Shown here: in pieces, positions 1 through 8,035 of the stretch | How the letters are laid out: each line of letters begins with the position of its first letter | Position numbering within the stretch: position 1 is the stretch's first letter | Origin: Deltaproteobacteria bacterium | Lineage (GTDB): Bacteria; Desulfobacterota; Dissulfuribacteria; Dissulfuribacterales; UBA3076 | Assembly: GCA_003194485.1 (NCBI GenBank) | Contig: PQXD01000008.1 | Location: 6,130-70,129, forward strand | Direction of reading: 5' to 3' | Length of the DNA: 64,000 nucleotides | Notes under the pieces: generated by a model | The model's input: the letters and a program-made list of their open reading frames with translations, nothing else | The model's database searches: none | What the model was told of the DNA's origin: nothing | Made by a program: the position numbers and the translations under genes

Positions 1-784
1 CTTCAAGCCCCGCCCGGACAAGTATGCGATTGTCCCCCAAGAGCGGAACTAAATCCGCCACGGTCCCCAGGGCCGCAAGATCCAGATATTCCTTGAGATT
101 GGGCACCTGACCGGCTTTCCAATGCCCAAGCCCATAAAGGCGATGCCTCAATGCCCTGACAAGATTGAAGGCCACACCTACACCGGCAAGTTCTTTGAAG
201 GGAAAGGGGCAATCAGGACGCTTGGGATTAAGCACTGCCAGGGCCTCGGGAAGGGTATCAGGGGGTTCATGGTGGTCGGTGACAATGACATCCATCCCAA
301 GCTCCCCTGCCAGGGCGACTGCTTCACTATCCGATATGCCGCAATCAACTGTAATCAGAAGCCTGCAGCCTCTGGATGCGAGATTCCTTAATGCTTCTGC
401 ATTAAGTCCGTAGCCCTCGTTCTCCCGGTGGGGGATATAGACTGTTACCTTTAGTCCAAGTCCCTCAAGAAATCCGGAGACCAGGGCTGCGGAGGTGACA
501 CCATCGACATCGTAATCACCGAATACGGCCACCTGTTCTTTTTGGGCTACTGCCCTGACCAGCCGGTCAACAGCCCTGTCCATGTCCATCATCTTCCAGG
601 GATCGCTGAGGGATTTCAGCGAAGGGCTGAGGTGTTGCGCAACGGCCTCCGGCGTATTTATCCCGCGTTGATACAGAAATTTGGCAATAATGCCCGGAAT
701 CCCTGACTTACCGGCAAGTTCCTCAACCGCCGACATATTTATGGAGGCAAAGTCCCACGGCAGTTCGAGGATCACGGAATTCAT
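1..784 (-). CDS. recJ: Single-stranded-DNA-specific exonuclease RecJ, N-terminal part (3' end lies beyond window start)
   Basis: Minus-strand translation from ATG at 784 (alternative ATG at 790) reads MNSVILELPWDF...VAVFGDYDVDGVTSAALV...ITVDCG...VIVTDHHEP, i.e. DHH-family motifs in RecJ order. It is absent from the ORF track because no stop lies within the window. Confidence 0.85.
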   Translation of the reverse strand, partial: MNSVILELPWDFASINMSAVEELAGKSGIPGIIAKFLYQRGINTPEAVAQHLSPSLKSLSDPWKMMDMDRAVDRLVRAVAQKEQVAVFGDYDVDGVTSAALVSGFLEGLGLKVTVYIPHRENEGYGLNAEALRNLASRGCRLLITVDCGISDSEAVALAGELGMDVIVTDHHEPPDTLPEALAVLNPKRPDCPFPFKELAGVGVAFNLVRALRHRLYGLGHWKAGQVPNLKEYLDLAALGTVADLVPLLGDNRILVRAGLE

Positions 785-816
785 GGTCATGAGACTAATC
801 AGGCATCAGGAGGCTG

Positions 817-1957
817 TCAATTTGTTCCGTATAATTTGGGAATTGAAGATGTTCCGTGGATATCGTTTATCCGGAACTTCGGCCAGGATTTTACCAATGA
901 TTTTTTAGGCCGCTTCAGTTCTGCATAGAGCTGACCGCAGGCAGCGGATATGTCTTGCCCCTTGCTTTTTCTTATGATGGTAGTGTAGCCGGTTTCTTTA
1001 AGCACCTGCTGAAATGCAAGAACCCGTTCATTGACCGGGCGTCTAAAGGGAATATCATGGCTTTCATTAAAAGGTATCAAGTTGATTTTTAAAGGGATTC
1101 CCTTAAGGAGCCTTGCGAGTGACACTGCCTGTTCGATGCTGTCATTTACACCGGCAAGGAGGATATATTCAAAAGTAATACGCCTCCTGCGGGAAAGCCG
1201 ATAATTTCGACAGGCCTCAATGAGCTGCGGAAGGGGATAGCGACTGTTGACCGGCATTATCTGATCCCGTGTCTTATCGTCAGGGGCGTTCAGGGAAACA
1301 GCAAGACCCACGTCCGTATCCCGGCCAAGACGTAATATCTCAGGAATCAGACCACAGGTGGATACGGTTATCCTGCGCAATGAGAAGTTCAGTCCAAGGT
1401 CATCAGTGAGTATGTGAATGGACTTCAAGACATTCCCGTAGTTTGCAAGCGGCTCTCCCATACCCATGAATACGAGATTTCTGAGCCGTTCCCTTTCTCC
1501 GGTGCGTTCCAATACGGCAAGCGCCTGCCCTGCGATTTCCGAGGGGATAAGCTGACGACGAAAACCCATCCTGGCAGTATGACAGAACCTGCATCTCATA
1601 GCGCACCCGACCTGACTGGATATGCAAAGCGTCTTGCGGCCCTGTTCAGGTATCAAGACGCTTTCCACTACCGATGTCATCCGGCAGTCTCCAGGCAAAT
1701 TTGCTTGTGCCGTCAACAGAGCGTTGCTCTGCCTCAAGCTCCGGTTTGGTAAGCAGGCCCTTTTGGGCAACCTTTTCCCTCAGGGCCTTGGGGAAGTCGG
1801 TCATTTGGGAGAAGTCCCGGAATCCGGGTCTCCAAAGCCAGCTAAAGAGCTGCCGGCCCCTGAAGGCCGGCAGGCCCAGATCCCTTGCCCATATTTCGAG
1901 GTCGCTTCGAGTAAAGCAGCGGTAGTCGATCACTATGGCAACCTCCAGGCATTTCAA
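817..1957 (-). CDS. rlmN: 23S rRNA/tRNA m2A methyltransferase RlmN (radical SAM), reading frame broken near 1670-1680
   Basis: ORF 1646-1957 encodes the RlmN N-terminal domain (FRGRQLFSWLW...MTDFPKALREKV...SVDGTSKFAWRLPDD). ORF 817-1770 continues in another frame with SVVESVLIPEQGRKTLCISSQVGCAMRCRFCHT (CxxxCxxC) through ACGQL. The two pieces are colinear with a single RlmN. Confidence 0.8.
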
Positions 1958-3282
1958 TTATTCATGGATGGCTGGCCTGTTGTTTCCAGTACACTCATCC
2001 ACATATCTCCGGAGGTGTCCACCTGCTTTCGCTTTCCTGCCGTCGCCTCCATGGGGATGTGGACAATCCGATTGTTGCACAGGCCCACCAGCATTTTGGT
2101 CTTGCCGGCCATGCCGGCATGAACCGCGCTGCGGGCCAGAAAGCCGCACAAGAGATGATCTCCGGCATTGGCACAAGCACTCCGGATCGTGTAACTGGGG
2201 TCAATATATTTGAGGTTAATTTCCATCCCTTGTTTTTCAAAATAAGCGGCAATGGACTCTTTCAGGAAGATGCCAATGTCATGAAGCCGGATGTTTCCGG
2301 AGGCATCGAGTTGCTGCTGCTCTGTGTCGCCAAAAAACTTTTGACCTGCCCCTTCCGCCACTACAATTACGGCGTGCCTCCTGAGGATTAAGCGTTCTTT
2401 CAGGGCTTCCAGCAGGCCTTTTGGCCCTTCTAATTCAAAATCTGATTCCGGGATAAGGACAAAGTTTACATCCGGCATCGCCAGGGTGGCTGCGGCTGCG
2501 ATAAACCCTGAATGACGGCCCATGACTTTCACCAGCCCCACTCCGTTCGGAGCACTGGTAGCCTCATTATGGGCACCGCCTATGACATCAACCGCTATAC
2601 TCACGGCCGTCTCAAAGCCGAACGAACGATCGATCAGATAGATGTCATTGTCGATGGTTTTTGGTATACCTATAACACCAATTTTTAAGCGCCTCTTGTT
2701 GATTTCGTCTGTAATCTTTGCAGAGGCAGCCATGGTGCCATCTCCGCCAATGGTAAACAGGAGCCCGACATTCATCCTCTCCAGTGCATCTACGATGCTA
2801 ACAATATCCTGAGGTCCCCTCGAAGAGCCAAGGATCGTTCCTCCCCTCTCGTGGATGTGGGCCACAGATTCGGGTGTAAGCTCCATTATGTCGTGACCGT
2901 AAGTGGAAATAAAACCCTGAAATCCGTATCGGATGCCGTAAATATTGCGGAGACCATAGTTAAAATAGAGCGACAGCACGATTGCACGAATCACATCATT
3001 TACGCCCGGGCAGAGCCCGCCGCAACTTACAATTGCACACCGCAGTTTCGCTGGATCAAAAAAGATCTTGCTTCGAGGACCTGCCAGTTCAAAGGATAGA
3101 GGTTCTTCACCACGCTCCAGGGTCTTTTTGAGATTATCCGCAAAAATGTCCATCAGGACCCGGTCTTTTCCAGACACAAAGCACCCCGTTCCGGAACCCT
3201 TTGCTCGAGTCCGAAGAGGAGAAGGGATCTTGGCCGGGCCAAGGCCCGTGATCGAACTCTCGATCTGTTTACTGCTTCTCAT
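1954..3282 (-). CDS. pfk: 6-phosphofructokinase, PFK-A family, long (about 440 aa) type
   Basis: Motifs SCGGLCPGVNDVIR, TIGGDGT, IGIPKTIDNDI and MGRHSGFIA. The stop overlaps the rlmN start by 4 nt. Confidence 0.85.
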   Translation of the reverse strand: MRSSKQIESSITGLGPAKIPSPLRTRAKGSGTGCFVSGKDRVLMDIFADNLKKTLERGEEPLSFELAGPRSKIFFDPAKLRCAIVSCGGLCPGVNDVIRAIVLSLYFNYGLRNIYGIRYGFQGFISTYGHDIMELTPESVAHIHERGGTILGSSRGPQDIVSIVDALERMNVGLLFTIGGDGTMAASAKITDEINKRRLKIGVIGIPKTIDNDIYLIDRSFGFETAVSIAVDVIGGAHNEATSAPNGVGLVKVMGRHSGFIAAAATLAMPDVNFVLIPESDFELEGPKGLLEALKERLILRRHAVIVVAEGAGQKFFGDTEQQQLDASGNIRLHDIGIFLKESIAAYFEKQGMEINLKYIDPSYTIRSACANAGDHLLCGFLARSAVHAGMAGKTKMLVGLCNNRIVHIPMEATAGKRKQVDTSGDMWMSVLETTGQPSMNN

Positions 3283-3397
3283 ATCAAGCTACCTTTCTTA
3301 TAATTTATAGGTCATATCTCCTCAAATAGTCTCCCGCGAAGATCTCTACTACTTCCGTTACGCTGATTTCTGCATTCATGGCACTTCTCCTTTCGGT

Positions 3398-3594
3398 GTA
3401 AATATCCGGTGAACCCGTTATATCCCGCCTTGAAGCGGTTACCTTTTTCCGGGTTTCAAAGCTCACCCATTGCAGACCGAAAGAGGCAGTGCAATCCGGC
3501 CCGCTGCCCGAAACCCTGCAAAAGGCAAACCGCTTCTGCGGCAGGGCGCGGATGGCAACCTCCACAGTGGACCACGGGTTCACCGAATATTTAC
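3398..3594 (+). mobile_element. Type-A MITE, short form (197 bp), copy A1
   Basis: Terminal inverted repeats GTAAATATCCGGTGAACCCGT ... ACGGGTTCACCGAATATTTAC. Perfect 8-bp direct repeat CTTTCGGT on both flanks. No credible ORF. Lies in the pfk/murI divergent intergenic region. Confidence 0.85.
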
Positions 3595-3905
3595 CTTTCG
3601 GTTTGATTTTTTGTAATCAAAACCATGACAAAGACTGCCTCATTCGGCCCGGCACTTCAAATGCCATTGATCTCTTTATCGGCATGTCGTATGGTATTTA
3701 TAATGGTAAATAATCGCTTTTGGGCAGGCTGCCCGGCACCATATATCCTTCTTGACCGTCAATGCCGCTTACGAATCATGCAATTATGAAAATTAATGCT
3801 CCACATATTGTCAAGCGGAAAGATGGGAAGTGCCATGAAATGTAAAGGGTCTGCTGTATGATCCGGCCTGCAAAATAACCGTATTTAGAGGAAACTTCTT
3901 TCAAA

Positions 3906-4715
3906 ATGAGCGTAACTATAGGTGTTTTCGACTCAGGTATTGGTGGGCTCACAGTGGTCCGCGAGATCAAACAATTATTGCCGGCCCAGCCCCTTATCTA
4001 TTTTGGAGACACTGCACGGACTCCCTATGGAACCAAAAGCCCGGAAACAATTATTCAATATGCCAGGGAAGATACCAGATTCCTGCTGGAGCACGGGGCC
4101 GGCATATTAGTGATCGCTTGCCACAGCGCAGCCAGTACCGCCACCTCTGCATTGAGGCAGGAATTTTCTGAACCAATATTTGAAGTTGTAACCCCTTCTA
4201 TAGAACAGGCATTGGCCCTTACCAGACGAAAAATCATCGGCTTAATCGGTACAAGGGCCACAGTGACAAGCGGCGTATACGAAAAAGCGATCCATTCTCA
4301 AGTTTCAGATACAAAGGTATACAGCCAGTCATGTCCTCTTCTGGTGCCCCTGGTGGAGGAGGGATGGCTCAAGGCCAGGGAGACCCGCATGATAGTCAAG
4401 AAGTATCTCAGGCCCTTAAAAAACCGGCAGATAGATACCTTGATCCTCGGATGCACCCATTATCCGCTTCTCAAGCGGATAATCCGGGAAAAAATGGGAA
4501 AGAAGGTGAAAATAGTAGACCCTTCAGCAGAAATAGCACGTGCGGTTTATTCATACCTTGAGGCCAAAGGTCAACTTTCTGAGGAGTCACATGGCCGGGA
4601 AGATCGTTTTTTTGTCTCTGACCTCACTCCAACGACTCAGGAGGTGGTTCAACGTTTCTTAGGCAGACGGATCCGGCTCGAAAAGGCCTCGATGTTCGTC
4701 ACATCCCGACCCTGA
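3906..4715 (+). CDS. murI: Glutamate racemase
   Basis: IGVFDSGIGGLTV, GDTARTPYG, VIACHSAS and LGCTHYPLL motifs; 269 aa. Confidence 0.9.
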   Translation: MSVTIGVFDSGIGGLTVVREIKQLLPAQPLIYFGDTARTPYGTKSPETIIQYAREDTRFLLEHGAGILVIACHSAASTATSALRQEFSEPIFEVVTPSIEQALALTRRKIIGLIGTRATVTSGVYEKAIHSQVSDTKVYSQSCPLLVPLVEEGWLKARETRMIVKKYLRPLKNRQIDTLILGCTHYPLLKRIIREKMGKKVKIVDPSAEIARAVYSYLEAKGQLSEESHGREDRFFVSDLTPTTQEVVQRFLGRRIRLEKASMFVTSRP

Positions 4716-4971
4716 TCCTGTATTTCACCTTTACCTCGCCGTCCTTGGGGACTGTCACGTCGAACCTTATTGTAAAGGCATCTACCTTTTTATAAGGATA
4801 ATTGTTGCTGATTACCACCCGGTTCCCAAATAATGGTTCCACTACGCCCACGGTGATACCCTCTAAAGGCATGCCAAGGCTATTGCCTTGTGAATTTTTG
4901 AATTTGACATACACATTTACCGGCTGTTTTGGGTTTTGGTCCCTGTAACGTCTGGTAAAATAGCCTTTCAT
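4699..4971 (-). pseudogene. 90-aa ORF resembling only the C-terminal end of DUF4139-type proteins; probable gene remnant
   Basis: The tail pattern ...VGVVEPLFGNRVVISNNYPYKKVDAFTIRFDVTVPKDGEVKVKYRIRV matches my recollection of DUF4139 C-termini. In-frame stops lie immediately upstream. It converges on and overlaps the murI end, and the type-B MITE lies about 210 bp upstream. Confidence 0.35.
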
Positions 4972-5182
4972 CCCATAGACGAGCAGCTCTTTCTATTCTG
5001 TTCAAGTACGCTGAAGTCATCCGGGCGATTCAGTGACTTTGTGTGAACGGTTACAGGCATGATATGGGAAGCAACATCCATTGCAAGAGGAGCTGAATTC
5101 TGCCAAAAAAACGGGTTCTTCGCTATTTACGTGGGTAGCATAGAGCATTGCCATACTAAATAGCGAAGAGGCCTTTTTCTGA

Positions 5183-5450
5183 TATGACTATTGAGTTAGC
5201 TCCGCTTCGATATATAGTCTTTGATTATTGGGTAATCATCCCTTGTCCCTCCAATGCTCTCGTCCCTTGTTTTCTGAGACTTTTGCAGCATGGGACCCTC
5301 CCTGTTCTCCTCCGCTTCGCTCCGGAGCCAGGGTTTCCCGTACTGCAAAAGCCAGGAAAACTACGGGACTTCCGCAAGTCGCTCCAAGGGATGATTACCC
5401 AATAATCCGTTACAATTAGCATATGATGCGGAGCTAACTCAATAGTCATA
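5183..5450. mobile_element. Type-B MITE (268 bp)
   Basis: Perfect 23-bp terminal inverted repeats TATGACTATTGAGTTAGCTCCGC / GCGGAGCTAACTCAATAGTCATA. Perfect 8-bp direct repeat TTTTCTGA on both flanks. A second internal IR is TTGGGTAATCATCCCTT / AAGGGATGATTACCCAA. The central core is homologous to the inner module of the long type-A MITEs. Confidence 0.85.
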
Positions 5451-5655
5451 TTTTCTGATATGAAAGATATTGACCTGGAGAGGCGTTGTAGCAGCCTGTT
5501 GAAAGGGGTATAAATGCAGAGAGTTAAAGGCTGGGAAAGGCAGGTGTCACTGTCTGGGATAATTCAAAAAGGGATGTCAAAAAAATCACGCAATGATGGC
5601 ATGCCTGGGGTTGTATGTATTTGGTGTAGCATGATTCAGACAAAAGGAGATTTCC

Positions 5656-6879
5656 GTGGGTAACATCCATGACAAAATAATACTTGAGGCCGATGGCTCC
5701 ATTTCTGTACCGGATTTGCCGATAATTCCCTGCATTGAAGGTGATGGTATAGGCCCTGATATCTGGAAGGCAGCCAGGCGCGTATTGGATGCCGCGGTGG
5801 AAAAGGCTTACGGAGGAAAGAGGAAGATCTTATGGAAAGAGGTCCTTGCAGGTGAAAAGGCCTATCGGCAGACCGGAAAATGGCTGCCGGCCGGGACACT
5901 GGAGGCCATAAAAGAGCATGTGGTTGCAATCAAGGGGCCGCTTACGACCCCGGTGGGTGAGGGGATAAGGAGTCTTAATGTCACCCTGAGACAGGAACTG
6001 GATCTGTATGCCTGCGTAAGGCCTGTCCGTTACTTCAAGGGGACTCCAAGCCCGGTTAAGAAGCCTGAAGATATGGACATGATCATCTTCCGCGAGAACA
6101 CCGAAGACGTGTATGCAGGAATAGAATGGCCGGAGGGCAGCGAAGATGCCGGGAAACTCATCCGATTTCTGAAGGATGAAATGGGACAGGATATCAGGCC
6201 GGATTCAGGGATCGGAATAAAGCCCATCAGCCGCTTCGGGACCCAGCGTCTGGTCAGAAAGGCCATACGTCATGCCATCGATACGGGCAAGCCAAGCGTC
6301 ACTCTGGTCCACAAGGGTAACATCATGAAGTATACTGAAGGGGCCTTTAAAAACTGGGGCTATGAGCTGGCAAAAACAGAGTTTCCGGAGAAGACGATCA
6401 CAGAACAGGAGCTATGGAGCAACTACAATGGCAGGCAGCCGGATGGCAAGATCGTTATAAAGGACCGCATTGCAGATGCCATGTTCCAGCAAATCCTTCT
6501 GAGGCCCAGGGAATACAGCGTGCTGGCCCTGCCAAACCTTAACGGCGATTACATTTCCGATGCATGTGCTGCCCAGGTGGGAGGGCTTGGCATGGCGCCC
6601 GGCGCGAACATAGGTGATGGCTATGCCCTTTTTGAGGCAACCCATGGCACGGCCCCAAAATATACCGGGCTCGACAAGGTCAACCCCGGCTCCCTTATCC
6701 TTTCCGGTGCCATGATGCTCGAATACCTTGGCTGGAAAGACGCAATGGCAAAAATCCACAGCGCCCTTGAGGCAGCCATTGCCAGGAAAAGGGTAACCTA
6801 TGACCTGGCAAGACAGATTGAAGGTGTAACCGAAGTAAAGTGCTCGGAGTTTGCCTCATCTATTATTGAATCCATGTAG
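5656..6879 (+). CDS. icd: NADP-dependent isocitrate dehydrogenase (homodimeric, E. coli-like)
   Basis: 407 aa. [42 protein letters not shown] and [11 protein letters not shown] motifs. GTG start preceded by AAAAGGAG. Confidence 0.92.
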   Translation: MGNIHDKIILEADGSISVPDLPIIPCIEGDGIGPDIWKAARRVLDAAVEKAYGGKRKILWKEVLAGEKAYRQTGKWLPAGTLEAIKEHVVAIKGPLTTPVGEGIRSLNVTLRQELDLYACVRPVRYFKGTPSPVKKPEDMDMIIFRENTEDVYAGIEWPEGSEDAGKLIRFLKDEMGQDIRPDSGIGIKPISRFGTQRLVRKAIRHAIDTGKPSVTLVHKGNIMKYTEGAFKNWGYELAKTEFPEKTITEQELWSNYNGRQPDGKIVIKDRIADAMFQQILLRPREYSVLALPNLNGDYISDACAAQVGGLGMAPGANIGDGYALFEATHGTAPKYTGLDKVNPGSLILSGAMMLEYLGWKDAMAKIHSALEAAIARKRVTYDLARQIEGVTEVKCSEFASSIIESM

Positions 6880-6892
6880 ATTAATCTATTAA

Positions 6893-7630
6893 ATGCAATG
6901 GCCCCTTATCAGGCTCCCCTTAATAATAAGGGACATCCTCTTTCCCCCATGCTGTGCCGCCTGCCGGGCCAGGCTCTGTGCTTCGGCAGGAGACCGTCTG
7001 TGTCGCAACTGTCTTGAGTCCATAAGACCCGTGGAACCCCCGATCTGCACTGTCTGCGGCCGGCCATTTCACGGCCCGCGGGATACCGGCCACGTGTGTG
7101 GCGAGTGTATAAAGAATCCCCCATCCTTTGACACCGCCCGCTCAGTGTTTCAGTTCCAGGGGTCTATAAGGACCCTTATTCACAGAATTAAATACAACGA
7201 TGACGGCTATGCCCTGAGGGCCCTTTCCTCCCTGGCTATGGAATATAATATGTTACCGGATCACTTAAGGCCGGATATGATGATTCCTGTGCCATTACAC
7301 CCGAAGCGTCTGAAAAAACGGGGTTTCAACCAGTCCCTCCGGCTTGCCAGGACGATCTTTCCTCATATTCCGTTAGGAATGGATATCCTCATCAGGACAT
7401 TGAATACCACGCCCCAGACAGAGCTTTCAATGAAGGAAAGGCTCAGAAATGTGAGAAATGCCTTTGAAGCCGCAAGTCCTCTGCCGGAAGGTGTGGAGAT
7501 AATACTCCTCGTTGATGATGTCTATACTACAGGGGCTACTGTCATGGCCTGCGCCAGGGCCATAAAAAGGGCGGGAGCAAAAGAGGTCCATGTGTTCACG
7601 GTTGCAAGGACCGTAATAGCGCGCCCATAA
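6893..7630 (+). CDS. comF: ComF-family phosphoribosyltransferase-like protein
   Basis: N-terminal Cys pairs (CCAAC..C..C, CTVCG...CGEC), HPKRLKKRGFNQS, and C-terminal PRTase loop LLVDDVYTTGAT. Confidence 0.8.
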   Translation: MQWPLIRLPLIIRDILFPPCCAACRARLCASAGDRLCRNCLESIRPVEPPICTVCGRPFHGPRDTGHVCGECIKNPPSFDTARSVFQFQGSIRTLIHRIKYNDDGYALRALSSLAMEYNMLPDHLRPDMMIPVPLHPKRLKKRGFNQSLRLARTIFPHIPLGMDILIRTLNTTPQTELSMKERLRNVRNAFEAASPLPEGVEIILLVDDVYTTGATVMACARAIKRAGAKEVHVFTVARTVIARP

Positions 7631-7660
7631 GTGCTAAGTTATTTTTGCACCGGATGGACT

Positions 7661-7952
7661 GATGAACATCGAACATCGAACGTCCAACATCGAATAATGA
7701 ATGGGGAAAGATGAAGAAGCAGACTTATGACCTGAAAGAAAGGCTGCTAATTAAAAAACCTGAACTACTAAATAATATTTTAGAGGAAACAGAAAATTAA
7801 TTAAGGTTTTCGTTACGAGCATCAAAACGGCTGAAAAGAGACAGAAATAGCCATTGAATGTTAGGTATTGGATATTCGTTTTTCATTCGATGTTGGATGT
7901 TGGACGTTCGATGTTCGATGTTCATCTTTCAAATGGATGTTCGATGTTCATC
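7661..7952. repeat. Low-complexity inverted-repeat shell (GAACATC class) enclosing a decayed small gene
   Basis: The left arm GATGAACATCGAACATCGAACGTCCAACATCGAATAATG (7661-7699) is the near-perfect reverse complement of the right arm CATTCGATGTTGGATGTTGGACGTTCGATGTTCGATGTTCATC (7884-7926). An extra partial arm lies at 7935-7952. Confidence 0.8.
7711..7850 (+). pseudogene. Remnant of a four-helix-bundle (23S rRNA intervening-sequence-type) protein gene
   Basis: Frame 1 reads MKKQTYDLKERLL..., an N-terminal signature as I recall it for this family, then a stop at 7798. A shifted frame reads ...NLIKVFVTSIKTAEKRQK*, a typical C-terminal end. The middle of the gene is missing. It is enclosed by the GAACATC inverted arms. 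Confidence 0.45.
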
Positions 7953-8035
7953 TTCCAAAACAATTGATAGCCCACCTCAGGTAGGTCTCTTTCGGTCTGC
8001 TGCAGCAAATTTTCCATATCGAACATTTACTTCTT

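Noticed and set aside
3305-3379. 24-codon ORF (MNAEISVTEVVEIFAGDYLRRYDL) with AAGGAG upstream, located in the pfk leader next to MITE A1.
   Set aside because: It is too short, with no homology or conservation evidence available. The 92-aa version in the track is an artefact of reading into the MITE.
3409-3606. Recurring 60-90-aa ORFs beginning MNPLYPALKR(L/S)PFSGF... These lie at 3409-3606, 13906-14130, 23539-23790 (minus), 31466-31654 and 62472-62747. Relatives lie at 37071-37391, 5184-5405 and 5225-5449.
   Set aside because: They lie entirely within the palindromic MITEs and start inside the terminal repeat. They end at different points dictated by flanking DNA and have mirror-image ORFs on the opposite strand. 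The conservation is nucleotide-level repeat identity, not a protein family.
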